Shown: positions 28,318 to 37,646, counted from the stretch's first letter. The stretch: 64,000 nt of DNA from an uncultured Alphaproteobacteria bacterium (GCA_944390895.1 CALXRQ010000005.1:983-64982), one strand, 5' to 3'. A program made the numbers and translations. The notes: generated by a model not told the origin, from the sequence alone.

Positions 28318-29736
28318 CTAAAAACGAAAATCGCGTTCGCCTTGTTCAATCTTACCGATATAATCCTCGCAAATTCCGCGGACCTTTTCCTTCGGAATAT
28401 TGTTCAGCTCCGCCTTAATCAGCGCCTCGCCGACCTTGCGCGTTTCCGGGCTGGCATAATCCATCAGATATTCCTTGAGCGTCATCAGGGCATTGGGCAG
28501 ACAGCAGTTGTGAATTTGCAGATTTTTGCACAGCGCCATGAATCTGTCGCCGGTCCTTCCTTCCCGGTAACAGGCCGTACAGAAACTCGGAATATAACCG
28601 ATCTGCATCAGCCACCGTACCACCTCGTCCAGCGTACGGGTGTCGCTCACTTCAAACTGTTCGGACTTGCCGTCCTCCGGTTCCGGCGTATCATAGCCGC
28701 CGACGCTGGTCTTGGAACCGCCGCTGATTTGAGAAATACCGTAATGAATCACCCGTTCGCGGCATTCTTTGGATTCTCTGGTCGACATGATCATTCCCGT
28801 ATAAGGAACGGCAATACGGATACAGGCCACAATTTTGGCAAAAATCTCATCGTCAATGCCATTGTCAAAAACATTCGGGTCAATATCGTCCGCACGACGG
28901 ATTCTCGGCACCGAAATCGTATGCGGTCCCACGCCGTGAACAGCTTCCAGATGCTCGGCATGCATCAGCAGTCCGGCAAATTCATAACGATACATTTCCA
29001 GCCCGAACAAAACACCCAGACCCACATCGTCAATTCCGCCTTCCATGGCCCGGTCCATTGCCTCGGTATGATATGCATAGTTATGCTTCGGCCCGGTCGG
29101 ATGCAGTTTTTCGTAACTATCTTTGTGATAGGTCTCCTGAAACAGAATATAAGTACCGATTCCGGCTTCTTTAAGCTTACGATAGTTTTCAACCGTCGTC
29201 GCCGCAATATTCACATTAACGCGGCGAATGGCTCCGTTTTTGTGCTTGATGCCGTATATGGTCTTAATGCTCTCAAGAATATATTCTATTGGATTGTTGA
29301 CCGGATCTTCGCCGGATTCTATCGCCAGCCGCTTATGCCCCATATCCTGCAGCGCAATCACTTCTCTGGCAATTTCCTCCTGTGTCAGTTTTTTCCGCGG
29401 AATATGCTTGTTTTTGGCATGGTAAGGACAATATACGCAGCCGTTGACGCAGTAGTTTGAAAGATACAGCGGCGCAAACATCACAATTCTGTTGCCGTAA
29501 TAATCTTTCTTAATCTGCTCGGCCAAAGCAAATATTTCCCGGTTTTTTTCAGGAATGTCACAGTCCAGAAGCAGCAAGGCTTCACGGTGGCTCAGCCCTT
29601 TCCTTTCTCTGGCTTTGGTCAGAACTTTGTCTATCAGTGCGGCGTTGTTTTTGTTCTCATCGGCATATTTAAGCGTATCCATCACCTCTTCGTGGCTGAT
29701 GAACTCCTCTGCCTTCAATGACTTGGGATTATACAT
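28318..29736 (-). CDS. hydG: [FeFe]-hydrogenase maturase HydG (radical SAM tyrosine lyase)
   Basis: CVNGCVYC radical-SAM cluster motif and C-terminal CTACYR...C..L..HNCC cluster region. 472 aa. Confidence 0.85.
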   Translation of the reverse strand: MYNPKSLKAEEFISHEEVMDTLKYADENKNNAALIDKVLTKARERKGLSHREALLLLDCDIPEKNREIFALAEQIKKDYYGNRIVMFAPLYLSNYCVNGCVYCPYHAKNKHIPRKKLTQEEIAREVIALQDMGHKRLAIESGEDPVNNPIEYILESIKTIYGIKHKNGAIRRVNVNIAATTVENYRKLKEAGIGTYILFQETYHKDSYEKLHPTGPKHNYAYHTEAMDRAMEGGIDDVGLGVLFGLEMYRYEFAGLLMHAEHLEAVHGVGPHTISVPRIRRADDIDPNVFDNGIDDEIFAKIVACIRIAVPYTGMIMSTRESKECRERVIHYGISQISGGSKTSVGGYDTPEPEDGKSEQFEVSDTRTLDEVVRWLMQIGYIPSFCTACYREGRTGDRFMALCKNLQIHNCCLPNALMTLKEYLMDYASPETRKVGEALIKAELNNIPKEKVRGICEDYIGKIEQGERDFRF

Positions 29737-29797
29737 TATATCAGTTCTCTTTCTTTTAGGTCAGATTTCTCTTCCCTGTCAGGTTACAGAAATTATT

Positions 29798-30043
29798 CTA
29801 ACAATTAGAATAAGCGGTTTTTACGGTAATTCCTTCAAGATTGCCGATTTTTCCGGACATGGCGCAGATTGTTTCCTGCGGAGCGTCCATGGCAACCGAA
29901 ATAATATTAAGTTTTCTTTCTCTGTAAGGGATTCCCATTCTGCCAATAATATACCCGGCATATTCGTGTAAAACGGCATTCAAAGCCTCAACCGAATTCA
30001 TATTTTCAACAATAATGCCGACAATGGCCACTCTGTTTTCCAT
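29798..30043 (-). CDS. TM1266-family iron-only hydrogenase system regulator (ACT-like)
   Basis: GAGGAG RBS before MENRVAIVGIIV. About 81 aa, directly upstream of hydG. Confidence 0.7.
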   Translation of the reverse strand: MENRVAIVGIIVENMNSVEALNAVLHEYAGYIIGRMGIPYRERKLNIISVAMDAPQETICAMSGKIGNLEGITVKTAYSNC

Positions 30044-30322
30044 GGATATCTCCTCACGATAAAAAAACAATAAAAACAATATAACCAAACTTCAGTCAAA
30101 ATACAAGCCGTTTTAGAGCCCGTTTTTTTGTTTTTGAACTTACAGATTCTTTTTTTCTTCTGGCCGGATATCAAGAAAAAAAACTGTTGCCCGTTTATAT
30201 TTTGTCGGCATAAATTAAACTGTAGAGCCTCAATCCAAGTATAAAAAAATTCCTGTTTTCAAGCAGTAACCCGATTACGACGCAACAATTGCCAATAAAA
30301 ACATTTTTTTTGAAAAAAAAGC

Positions 30323-30351
30323 TTGATTAATTATTTTTGAAAGTGTATAAA
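30323..30351 (+). promoter_or_regulatory. candidate sigma70 promoter of tRNA-Val (TTGATT-17-TATAAA)
   Basis: Hexamers and a 17-nt spacer read directly. The -10 ends about 19 nt before the mature tRNA 5' end. Confidence 0.5.
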
Positions 30352-30369
30352 CTCCTCTGTAAACACGAT

Positions 30370-30445
30370 GGGCGCTTAGCTCAGCTGGAAGAGCATCTCG
30401 TTTACACCGAGAGGGTCGGGAGTTCGAACCTCTCAGCGCCCACCA
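30370..30445 (+). tRNA. tRNA-Val (anticodon UAC)
   Basis: Hand-folded cloverleaf: acceptor GGGCGCT/AGCGCCC, anticodon stem TCTCG/CGAGA with loop TTTACAC, T-arm GGGAG-TTCGAAC-CTCTC, encoded CCA. Confidence 0.9.
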
Positions 30446-30446
30446 T

Positions 30447-30477
30447 AAAAAGGTCTGCTTTATGCAGACTTTTTTTT
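30447..30477 (+). terminator. rho-independent terminator after tRNA-Val
   Basis: gtctgc / gcagac stem followed by T8. Confidence 0.8.
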
Positions 30478-30479
30478 AT

Positions 30480-30660
30480 GGCTGAGAGGTTCTAACTCAA
30501 AAGAGCTCGCTAAGTAAAAAACACCGTTGCTCCGGTGTTTTTTGTCTGCAAGAGCAACAACATCTTAATTTTGAGAAAAAAAACTAAATATTTTTGAAAC
30601 AAAATTTAGATGCTGTTGTACCAAATAAGCGATAGCTTATGTACCTCTCAGCATTCACCA
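30480..30660 (+). repeat. tRNA-Val-linked structured insert with 10-bp terminal inverted repeats derived from the tRNA 3' strand
   Basis: gctgagaggt (30481..30490) is the perfect reverse complement of acctctcagc (30643..30652). The right end repeats tRNA nt 30428..30445 with 4 changes. The internal core at 30509..30551 is shared with the tRNA-Ser units. Confidence 0.7.
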
Positions 30661-30864
30661 ATTAAAAAAGCCACCCTGTCACACCGGCCCCGAACCGATA
30701 TCCAAATCAAACATTGATTCCTTATCCCACCTGGATACAGGATCAAGTCCGCCATGACGGTAAAGACAATGTCATCCTGAACGAAGCGAAGGATCTCAGC
30801 TGCTTAATATCGTCATGCTGAGCACAACGAAACATCCCAGCCTTATTTATACGAAATCCAGATA

Positions 30865-30905
30865 TAAAAAAAGTGTTGCAGCATAAAAACGCTGCAACAC
30901 TTTTA
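30865..30905. terminator. bidirectional rho-independent terminator
   Basis: A8 - gtgttgcagc / gctgcaacac perfect 10-bp stem - T4. Confidence 0.8.
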
Positions 30906-30925
30906 ATTCTCAAACTAAAACAGTT

Positions 30926-31198
30926 TTACAAGACCTTGTAACCTCCCTTCTCGGTTACGAATTTGCGCTGCCTGTTTGCCATATTGACAATCCAGCCCTT
31001 CTCTCCGGTTTTCTCGGCAACGGCGTCAACAGCTTCGCACTGAGACTTTTTGTTATGATGGATAAGAACGCGCACGCCGTATGTGGATTCAAGCATATAA
31101 TATCCGCGGGGCGTAGCATAGTGACGGAATTTTTCCAAACCTGCGTTCTTTGCGTTACCTTCAATCTCTTTCAACTGTTTTTTTGAATACTTTGCCAT
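30926..31198 (-). CDS. hypothetical small basic protein (90 aa)
   Basis: ORF bounded by a terminator. No family recognised. Confidence 0.5.
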   Translation of the reverse strand: MAKYSKKQLKEIEGNAKNAGLEKFRHYATPRGYYMLESTYGVRVLIHHNKKSQCEAVDAVAEKTGEKGWIVNMANRQRKFVTEKGGYKVL

Positions 31199-31316
31199 AA
31201 TTTCTGGTATTTTATGTTAATAATAAAGATAATTTCTTACTGCATGGGTTAATATATAACACATATTGCAAATGTATTCAAGAGAAAAATGACAAAATTT
31301 CGAAAAAAATTTATAC

Positions 31317-31352
31317 AAAAAAAAACGCCGATTTAAACGGCGCTTTTTTTTC
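31317..31352 (-). terminator. rho-independent terminator
   Basis: gcgccg / cggcgt stem with T10 on the minus strand. Confidence 0.7.
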
Positions 31353-31365
31353 AAGGCTTGCTTTA

Positions 31366-31983
31366 TTAACGCGTCTTGTTCATTCTCTGAACCAAATCAT
31401 TCAGGCTAACCGAGGTCGTTCCCCTGTTCTGGCCTGCATTGGCGTTTGACCTTACGGTTCCTGTTTCCTGGCGCTGAACACTGCCGCTCATTTTCACCAG
31501 TTGATCAAGTGAAATTTCCCTGACCGCAGCGTTTTGTCCGGTAGACACGGCTGCCCGATTCTGACCTCCGCTGCTTTTGGCCGCCGCCATGCTTTGTTTG
31601 GTCGAAGCAACCTGCTGTCTGCGTCTCTGCAACTTCTGCTCCGCGGTATTGTCATCAACCTGATTTCTCTGGCTTTTCAAAGAAATACCCGTCAAATCTT
31701 CCACCTCCATGGAAACACCCTGCACGTTGCTTCTCACACTGTTGCCATACACTCTGATACCGGCAACGTCACCCCGGGCATATGCCGTCGTATTGTTGAC
31801 GTCTGCCAAGACATCCGTAACACCCTTAATGATTTTATGAATGCCGCTGTTTTTATAACGGTCCAAAAGGCTCTGCGCCTGAGCCTGCTGCGGCGTGCCC
31901 ATCGCCATCATCGCCACGCCGGCAATCAGGGCCCCGCGAAAAACTTTTTTCATCTTATCTGACGCAAGTTTAAACTTTTTCAT
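31366..31983 (-). CDS. secreted Gln/Ser/Asn-rich protein, unknown function
   Basis: GAGGT RBS before the ATG at 31983. Signal peptide ending AQAQ. Internal repeat ISLDQLVKM / VSLNDLVQRM. Confidence 0.55.
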   Translation of the reverse strand: MKKFKLASDKMKKVFRGALIAGVAMMAMGTPQQAQAQSLLDRYKNSGIHKIIKGVTDVLADVNNTTAYARGDVAGIRVYGNSVRSNVQGVSMEVEDLTGISLKSQRNQVDDNTAEQKLQRRRQQVASTKQSMAAAKSSGGQNRAAVSTGQNAAVREISLDQLVKMSGSVQRQETGTVRSNANAGQNRGTTSVSLNDLVQRMNKTR

Positions 31984-32116
31984 ATTAACCTCTGCAACAC
32001 GTTGTTTATCAGGATTAATATAACTATAACACAGAAAATTGACAAAATAAAGAAAAAAAAGCGGATACACACATCGTATCCGCTTTTGCATTCAAAAATA
32101 ATACCAGGATCATAAA

Positions 32117-32141
32117 CTAAAGGGCCGGACGAACCGACCCT
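32117..32141 (-). terminator. rho-independent terminator of hup
   Basis: Minus strand: gggtcgg-ttcgt-ccggccc, then a T-rich tail. Confidence 0.65.
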
Positions 32142-32149
32142 GACTTAAA

Positions 32150-32422
32150 TTAGTTTACAGAATCCTGAAGAGCTTTACCGGCTTTGAATTTAGCCTGCTT
32201 GCGGGCAGGAATCTTAATGGCGGCGCCGGTACGCGGATTGCGGCCGGTAGTAGCAGAACGTTTGGTAACGGCAAAAGTACCAAAACCAACCAGACGAACT
32301 TCGTCGCCGGATTTCAAAGCTTTAGTGATAGAAGCAACAAAAGCGTCAACAGCTTTGGCTGAATCGGTTTTTGTCAAGCCAGTTTCGTTAGCAATGCTAG
32401 AAATGAGTTCATTTTTATTCAC
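32150..32422 (-). CDS. hup: DNA-binding protein HU
   Basis: VNKNELISSIA...GFGTF...R.GRNP.TG..I.I canonical HU sequence. GTG start at 32422 with a GAGGGAG RBS. The listed longer ORF adds a non-HU extension. Confidence 0.9.
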   Translation of the reverse strand: MNKNELISSIANETGLTKTDSAKAVDAFVASITKALKSGDEVRLVGFGTFAVTKRSATTGRNPRTGAAIKIPARKQAKFKAGKALQDSVN

Positions 32423-32668
32423 GGTGAGGACTCCCTCTAAATATAAGTTATAAACCATTGGAAAGCCTTTATCGGCTTCACACAAAAATTTAAGCGTGAT
32501 TTTTTTTAGAAGTCAAACAAAATCAATGATTACATACAAAAAAGTGCACATTTTTCATCTCAATACCCCCTCTCCAACACTTTTTATGCACTTATTCACA
32601 GCTAAATCAAGCCTGGCAATGTTTTTAAGCAATATTTAATCTTATGCCGGCGATTCTGATTTTTACGA

Positions 32669-32705
32669 TAAAAGACCCGAAATCCTTAAAGATTCCGGGT
32701 CTTTT
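32669..32705 (-). terminator. rho-independent terminator of lon
   Basis: gacccgaaatc / gattccgggtc stem flanked by A/T runs. Confidence 0.75.
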
Positions 32706-32725
32706 GCTTCTTATACCGCAAAATA

Positions 32726-35110
32726 TCACTGACGCTGACCGCATACCGGCTCTATAACGTCTTCACAGCGGCATATTTGTTTCAAAGGTTCCACCTTTTC
32801 GTTCAGCGCAATATTTATTACCTCGCTGACTTCCGAAACCGGAATAATCTTCATGCCTTTTTTGACATTGTCCGGAATCTCGGCCAAATCCTTTTCGTTG
32901 TCTTTCGGTATAATTACCGTTTTTATTCCGCCGCGCAAAGCTGCCAAAAGCTTTTCCTTCAGACCGCCGATCGGCAGAACCCTGCCCTGCAGCGTAATTT
33001 CGCCGGTCATGGCCACATCTTTCCGGACCGGAATTTTGGTCAGCACCGAAACCAATGTCGTATACATGGCAATACCGGCGGAAGGACCGTCTTTCGGCGT
33101 TGCACCTTCGGGAACGTGAACATGAATGTCCGTTTTCTCGAAAATCTCCGGATTAATCCCCAGTTCCCGGCAATGTGCCCGGACAACCGAATAAGCCGTC
33201 TCAATGGATTCCTTCATCACGTCGCCGAGTTTGCCGGTTTCGGTAACTTTGCCCTTGCCCGGCATATCGACCGCTTCAATAAACAGGATATCGCCGCCGA
33301 CTTCCGTCCAGGCCAACCCCGTCGTCACGCCGACATGATCCTTTTGTTCCGCTTCGCCGTAACGATATTTGATGACACCCAGATATTTCTCCAGATTTTT
33401 CGGCGTAACGTTTACTTTGGTCTTCTTACCCTGAGAAAGCAAAATTTCCTTAACCGCCTTGCGGGCAATCGTCGAAAGTTCCCTTTCCAGGTTACGCACG
33501 CCGGCCTCGCGGGTATAATAGCGGATAATGTCGCGGATGGCGTCTTCGGAAATATCCAGTTCTTGTTTTTTAACCGCGTTTTCGTTAAATATTTTCGGAA
33601 TCAAATGCCGTTTGGCTATTTCGATTTTTTCCTCTTCCGTATATCCCGACAGTCGGATGATTTCCATACGGTCAAGCAGCGGCCGCGGCATATCGAGCGA
33701 ATTGGCCGTCGTCACGAACATAACGTCCGAAAGGTCATAGTCCACTTCCAGATAATGATCGTTGAAGCTTGAGTTCTGCTCGGGGTCAAGCACCTCCAGC
33801 AGCGCGGACGACGGATCGCCGCGATAGTCGTTGCCCAGCTTGTCTATCTCGTCAAGCAGAAACAGCGGATTGGAGGTAGCGGCCTTTTTCATGCCTTTGA
33901 TGATCTTGCCCGGCATGGAACCGATATAGGTTCTGCGATGCCCTCTGATTTCCGCCTCGTCGCGCATACCGCCGAGCGAAGCCCGGACAAAGCTTCTGCC
34001 GGTTGCCCGGGCAATGGATTTGCCCAGCGACGTTTTGCCCACGCCCGGAGGGCCGACCAGACATAAAATAGGTCCCTTGACCTTGTCCGCGCGCGCCTGC
34101 ACGGCCAGATATTCGACAATTCTTTCCTTGACCTTTTCCAGGCCGTAATGGTCTTTTTCCAAAATCTCCAAAGCCTTGTTGAGGTCTTTGTTGACCTTGG
34201 AACGTTTTTTCCAGGGAATGTCCAGCAGCCAGTCCAGATAGTTGCGCACCACGGTCGCTTCGCTGGACATGGCGCTCATGGACTTGAGCTTTTTAACTTC
34301 GGCCAGGGCTTTTTCCTTGGCCTCTTTGGAAAGTTTGGTCTTCTCGATTTTTTTCATGTATTCCGTAATTTCGGAATCTTCGTCTCCGTCGCCGAGCTCT
34401 TTCTGAATGGCTTTCATCTGCTCGTTCAGATAATATTCCTTCTGGCTTTTTTCCATTTGTTTTTTCACGCGGGTCTTGATTTTGTTTTCAACTTCCAAAA
34501 CCGTAAGCTCCGCATCCATAAAGCCCAGAATTTTTTCAAAACGCTCCGCCAGAGTCTTACCTTCAAGCAAGGCCTGCTTTTCCGAAATTTTCAAAGACAA
34601 ATGCGCGGCAATGGTATCCGCCAGCTTGCCGTAATCCTCAATCTGGTTAACCGAAACCAAAACCTCGGGCGGCGTCTTTTTGGAAAGTTTGACATATTCT
34701 TCAAACTGCGACAGCACGGCACGCACCAGAGCCGCCAGTTCGACGCCGTCCTCATCCCGGACTTCGGGCACGACTTCAGCTTCGGCTTCAAGAAACTCTT
34801 TGTTTTTTACATATTTCAGGATTTTAACGCGTTCCATTCCTTCAATCAGAACCTTCACGGTTCCGTCGGGAAGTTTCAGCATCTGCACCACGGTGCCGAG
34901 CGTGCCTATATCATAGATGTCATCGGCCTGAGGGTCTTCAATCGCCGCTTCTTTCTGAGTTGCCAGAATGATGTTTCCGTCGCTGTCCACAACGCTTTGC
35001 AGCGCCCTGATTGATTTGTCCCGCCCGACAAACAGCGGCACAATCATCTTCGGATAAACGACAATGTCTCTCAGCGGAAGAACCGGATATTTCTTTTTCT
35101 TTGCGGCCAT
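32726..35110 (-). CDS. lon: ATP-dependent Lon protease
   Basis: Start at MAAKKKKYPVLPLRD (GAGGAA RBS). Walker A GPPGVGKTS and the PKDGPSAG catalytic Ser motif. Confidence 0.95.
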   Translation of the reverse strand: MAAKKKKYPVLPLRDIVVYPKMIVPLFVGRDKSIRALQSVVDSDGNIILATQKEAAIEDPQADDIYDIGTLGTVVQMLKLPDGTVKVLIEGMERVKILKYVKNKEFLEAEAEVVPEVRDEDGVELAALVRAVLSQFEEYVKLSKKTPPEVLVSVNQIEDYGKLADTIAAHLSLKISEKQALLEGKTLAERFEKILGFMDAELTVLEVENKIKTRVKKQMEKSQKEYYLNEQMKAIQKELGDGDEDSEITEYMKKIEKTKLSKEAKEKALAEVKKLKSMSAMSSEATVVRNYLDWLLDIPWKKRSKVNKDLNKALEILEKDHYGLEKVKERIVEYLAVQARADKVKGPILCLVGPPGVGKTSLGKSIARATGRSFVRASLGGMRDEAEIRGHRRTYIGSMPGKIIKGMKKAATSNPLFLLDEIDKLGNDYRGDPSSALLEVLDPEQNSSFNDHYLEVDYDLSDVMFVTTANSLDMPRPLLDRMEIIRLSGYTEEEKIEIAKRHLIPKIFNENAVKKQELDISEDAIRDIIRYYTREAGVRNLERELSTIARKAVKEILLSQGKKTKVNVTPKNLEKYLGVIKYRYGEAEQKDHVGVTTGLAWTEVGGDILFIEAVDMPGKGKVTETGKLGDVMKESIETAYSVVRAHCRELGINPEIFEKTDIHVHVPEGATPKDGPSAGIAMYTTLVSVLTKIPVRKDVAMTGEITLQGRVLPIGGLKEKLLAALRGGIKTVIIPKDNEKDLAEIPDNVKKGMKIIPVSEVSEVINIALNEKVEPLKQICRCEDVIEPVCGQRQ

Positions 35111-35361
35111 TTCTAATTTCCTCAAAAATTCTCTGTTACCATATTTATATAAGAAAACATAATCCAAACTGCAATACGGCGCCTGAACTTTTTTGGCACA
35201 TTTAACCTCTCCGGGCAATCATTAAACTTTTTAATCCACAACAAGCTCCGTTTTGCCCGCAAAAACGCATTTTTAGGTATAATAAATAAACAAATTGAAT
35301 TTGCAGATTAAAAAAAATTATATATTATGTGGTAAACATATTAACAAAAGAAGGTTTTTTC

Positions 35362-35613
35362 ATGGCTGGCTCAAAAATAAACACCGACATCGGCGAAGAA
35401 ATAATGGTTAACGTTTCCGTAACGCTCGGCAGCGCGAACTTGAGGGTTCACCAGCTCTTAAAGCTGGGACGCGGCGCCGTTGTGGAACTGGACCGTGACG
35501 TTAACGACTACGTTGACATCTATGCCAATGATGTCCTGATCGGCCACGGAGAAGTTGTTATAACGGAAAGTGATAAAATCGGCATTTCTATAACCGATAC
35601 CATAAAGAAATAA
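35362..35613 (+). CDS. fliN: FliN/SpoA-domain protein (flagellar switch / T3SS C-ring family), short form
   Basis: V.V.LG...L.V..LL.L..G.VV.LD......DIY.N..LI..GEVV...DK.GI.ITD matches the FliN C-terminal domain. 83 aa. Confidence 0.7.
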   Translation: MAGSKINTDIGEEIMVNVSVTLGSANLRVHQLLKLGRGAVVELDRDVNDYVDIYANDVLIGHGEVVITESDKIGISITDTIKK

Positions 35614-35619
35614 CCGCTG

Positions 35620-36369
35620 ATGAAACTAAAAGAACATATCAAAAACTTTAACAAGAAAATTACCAAGTCAAACCTTGTCACCGGCCTTATCAGCTGCCTG
35701 ATATATTGGTATACCCGTTTGGTATACAAAACTACCAGCTGGCAGATTGAAGGTCGTGAAAACGCCGTCGGTCTCTGGGAAAAAGGCGAAAGCTTCGTCT
35801 TAATCGGCTGGCACGGACGCGCCTTGATGCTGCCGTCTTTCCGCGACTATCGCTATCCGCTTGACGCTCTGGTTTCCCTGCACAATGACGGCCGGATGAT
35901 TGCCGGCGTTCTTCGGCGTTACGGTCTCGGCACCATCGGCGGTTCCAGCAACAACAACGCCCGCGGCGCCGCGCTGAATCTGATGTCTTCGCTGGAACAA
36001 AACCGCTCCATCTGCATCATTCCCGACGGTCCCCGCGGCCCGAGGATGCACCTCTCCATGAGTCCCGTTTACTATGCGCAGAAAACCGGGAAACCCGTTA
36101 TCGGCATGACATACAGCGTTCAAAGATGCAAAATCGTCGGCAAAGCCTGGGACAAAATGATGGTTCCTTTCCCCTTCGGCAAAGGCATTTGCCGCTTCAC
36201 CGCTCCGATCTACATTCCACAGACCCAAAATGACGAAGAACTCGAAAAATATCGGCTTCTGGTCGAAACGGCGCTGAACGAAATCAATTTTGAATCGGAC
36301 CGTGCCATGGGCTTGTCTCCGGTTCTACCGGGACTGAAACCCAAAAAACAGAAAATTAAACGAAAATAA
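35620..36369 (+). CDS. DUF374-family protein (lysophospholipid acyltransferase-like), common partner of waaA
   Basis: LIGWHGR...IIPDGPRGP motifs. Starts 6 nt after the fliN-like stop. Confidence 0.75.
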   Translation: MKLKEHIKNFNKKITKSNLVTGLISCLIYWYTRLVYKTTSWQIEGRENAVGLWEKGESFVLIGWHGRALMLPSFRDYRYPLDALVSLHNDGRMIAGVLRRYGLGTIGGSSNNNARGAALNLMSSLEQNRSICIIPDGPRGPRMHLSMSPVYYAQKTGKPVIGMTYSVQRCKIVGKAWDKMMVPFPFGKGICRFTAPIYIPQTQNDEELEKYRLLVETALNEINFESDRAMGLSPVLPGLKPKKQKIKRK

Positions 36370-36384
36370 CCGTGAGAAATAAAT

Positions 36385-37644
36385 ATGTTTATCCGCATCT
36401 ACAACACTCTGATCCGCATTTTGTACCCTTTGGTTATTAAGCGCTATATCAAAAAACGCCAACTCAACGGCAAAGAGGACGTCAAACGTTTTAACGAGCG
36501 CATCGGCCGTCCCTCAAAAAAACGCCCCGAAGGCAAACTCATTTGGCTGCATGGCGCTTCCGTCGGAGAATCTTTGTCCATGCTGCCTTTGATAAACAAG
36601 CTGCTGGAAAGCTATCCCGATTCTCACGTTATGGTCACCACCGGCACCGTCACCTCGGCCGAAGTTATGGAAAAAAGGCTTCCCGAACGGGCTTTTCACC
36701 AATATATCCCCATTGACAATCCCGCTTTTGTAACGCGTTTCATCCGTCACTGGCAGCCGGATCTGGTCTTATGGTTCGAATCAGACCTTTGGCCGGCGCT
36801 ACTTTCGGGCATCAAACGCAAAAACATTCCGCTGATTCTGGTCAACGGACGCATTTCCAACAAGTCGTTCAAACGCTGGCAGCAGTTTGATTTCATCAGC
36901 AAAGAACTGCTTGACTGCTTCACTTTCTGCCTCGGACAATCGGAAGAAGACGCCTATCGGCTGCGCGTGCTCGGCGCCAAAAATTCCATGTGTCTGGGCA
37001 ACCTCAAATATGCCGGCATTAATCCGCCGGTCGATCCGAACAAAAAAGCCGAGATTGAAAAACAAATCAACGGCCGCCCGCTGTGGGTCGTCAGTTCGAC
37101 GCACCACGACGAAGAACTCAAAATCGGCCGTTTTTTGAAGAACACAAACACCGAAATTCCCGGCCTTCTCACCCTGATTGCTCCCCGCCACCCCAACCGC
37201 GGCCCCGAAATTCAGGAACAGCTGAACGGCCTCGGCCTCAAAACGGCGCTGCGCTCCAAGGGCGAGAAAATCTCCCCGGACACGAACGTATATATTGCCG
37301 ACACCATCGGCGAAGTCGGCATTTGGTATGACTTGTCGCCGATCGTTTTCATCGGCGGTTCGCTTATTCCGCATGGCGGCCAGAACTTTATGGAACCTTC
37401 TCGTTTTCGCGACGCGGTCATTGTCGGACCTTATATGCACAATTTTACTGATGCCATGAACCGCGCCAAAAAAGCCGATGCCGTCATTCAGGTCAACGAT
37501 GCCGCCGAACTTGAAAATATGCTTCTGCAGCTTCTCCAAAACAAAGATCTGCTTGAAGCCAAACGCAGTCTGGCCTACAACTGGGCATACGGCGAAGCAA
37601 AAGTCCTGGACGGCATTGTCGAAAAAATCAAAGGATATCTGTAA
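36385..37644 (+). CDS. waaA: 3-deoxy-D-manno-octulosonic acid (Kdo) transferase
   Basis: 419 aa. WLHGASVGE near the N-terminus and GGS....GG.N..EP near the C-terminus, typical of WaaA/KdtA. Confidence 0.9.
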   Translation: MFIRIYNTLIRILYPLVIKRYIKKRQLNGKEDVKRFNERIGRPSKKRPEGKLIWLHGASVGESLSMLPLINKLLESYPDSHVMVTTGTVTSAEVMEKRLPERAFHQYIPIDNPAFVTRFIRHWQPDLVLWFESDLWPALLSGIKRKNIPLILVNGRISNKSFKRWQQFDFISKELLDCFTFCLGQSEEDAYRLRVLGAKNSMCLGNLKYAGINPPVDPNKKAEIEKQINGRPLWVVSSTHHDEELKIGRFLKNTNTEIPGLLTLIAPRHPNRGPEIQEQLNGLGLKTALRSKGEKISPDTNVYIADTIGEVGIWYDLSPIVFIGGSLIPHGGQNFMEPSRFRDAVIVGPYMHNFTDAMNRAKKADAVIQVNDAAELENMLLQLLQNKDLLEAKRSLAYNWAYGEAKVLDGIVEKIKGYL

Positions 37645-37646
37645 TC

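Noticed and set aside
28342-29460. 372-aa plus-strand ORF inside hydG; similar mirrors at 32777..35014 (lon), 40661..41527 (AKR), 44494..45522 (zupT/NUDIX) and 53239..53997 (recA)
   Set aside because: All lie antisense to genes with strong family motifs. They are typical long shadow ORFs in moderately GC-rich coding DNA.
35111-35218. N-terminal extensions of listed ORFs (lon and hup; also pmbA, cobB, U32, mazG-like and others)
   Set aside because: The extensions overlap upstream genes or lack an RBS. Internal starts have good SD sequences and match the known family N-termini.
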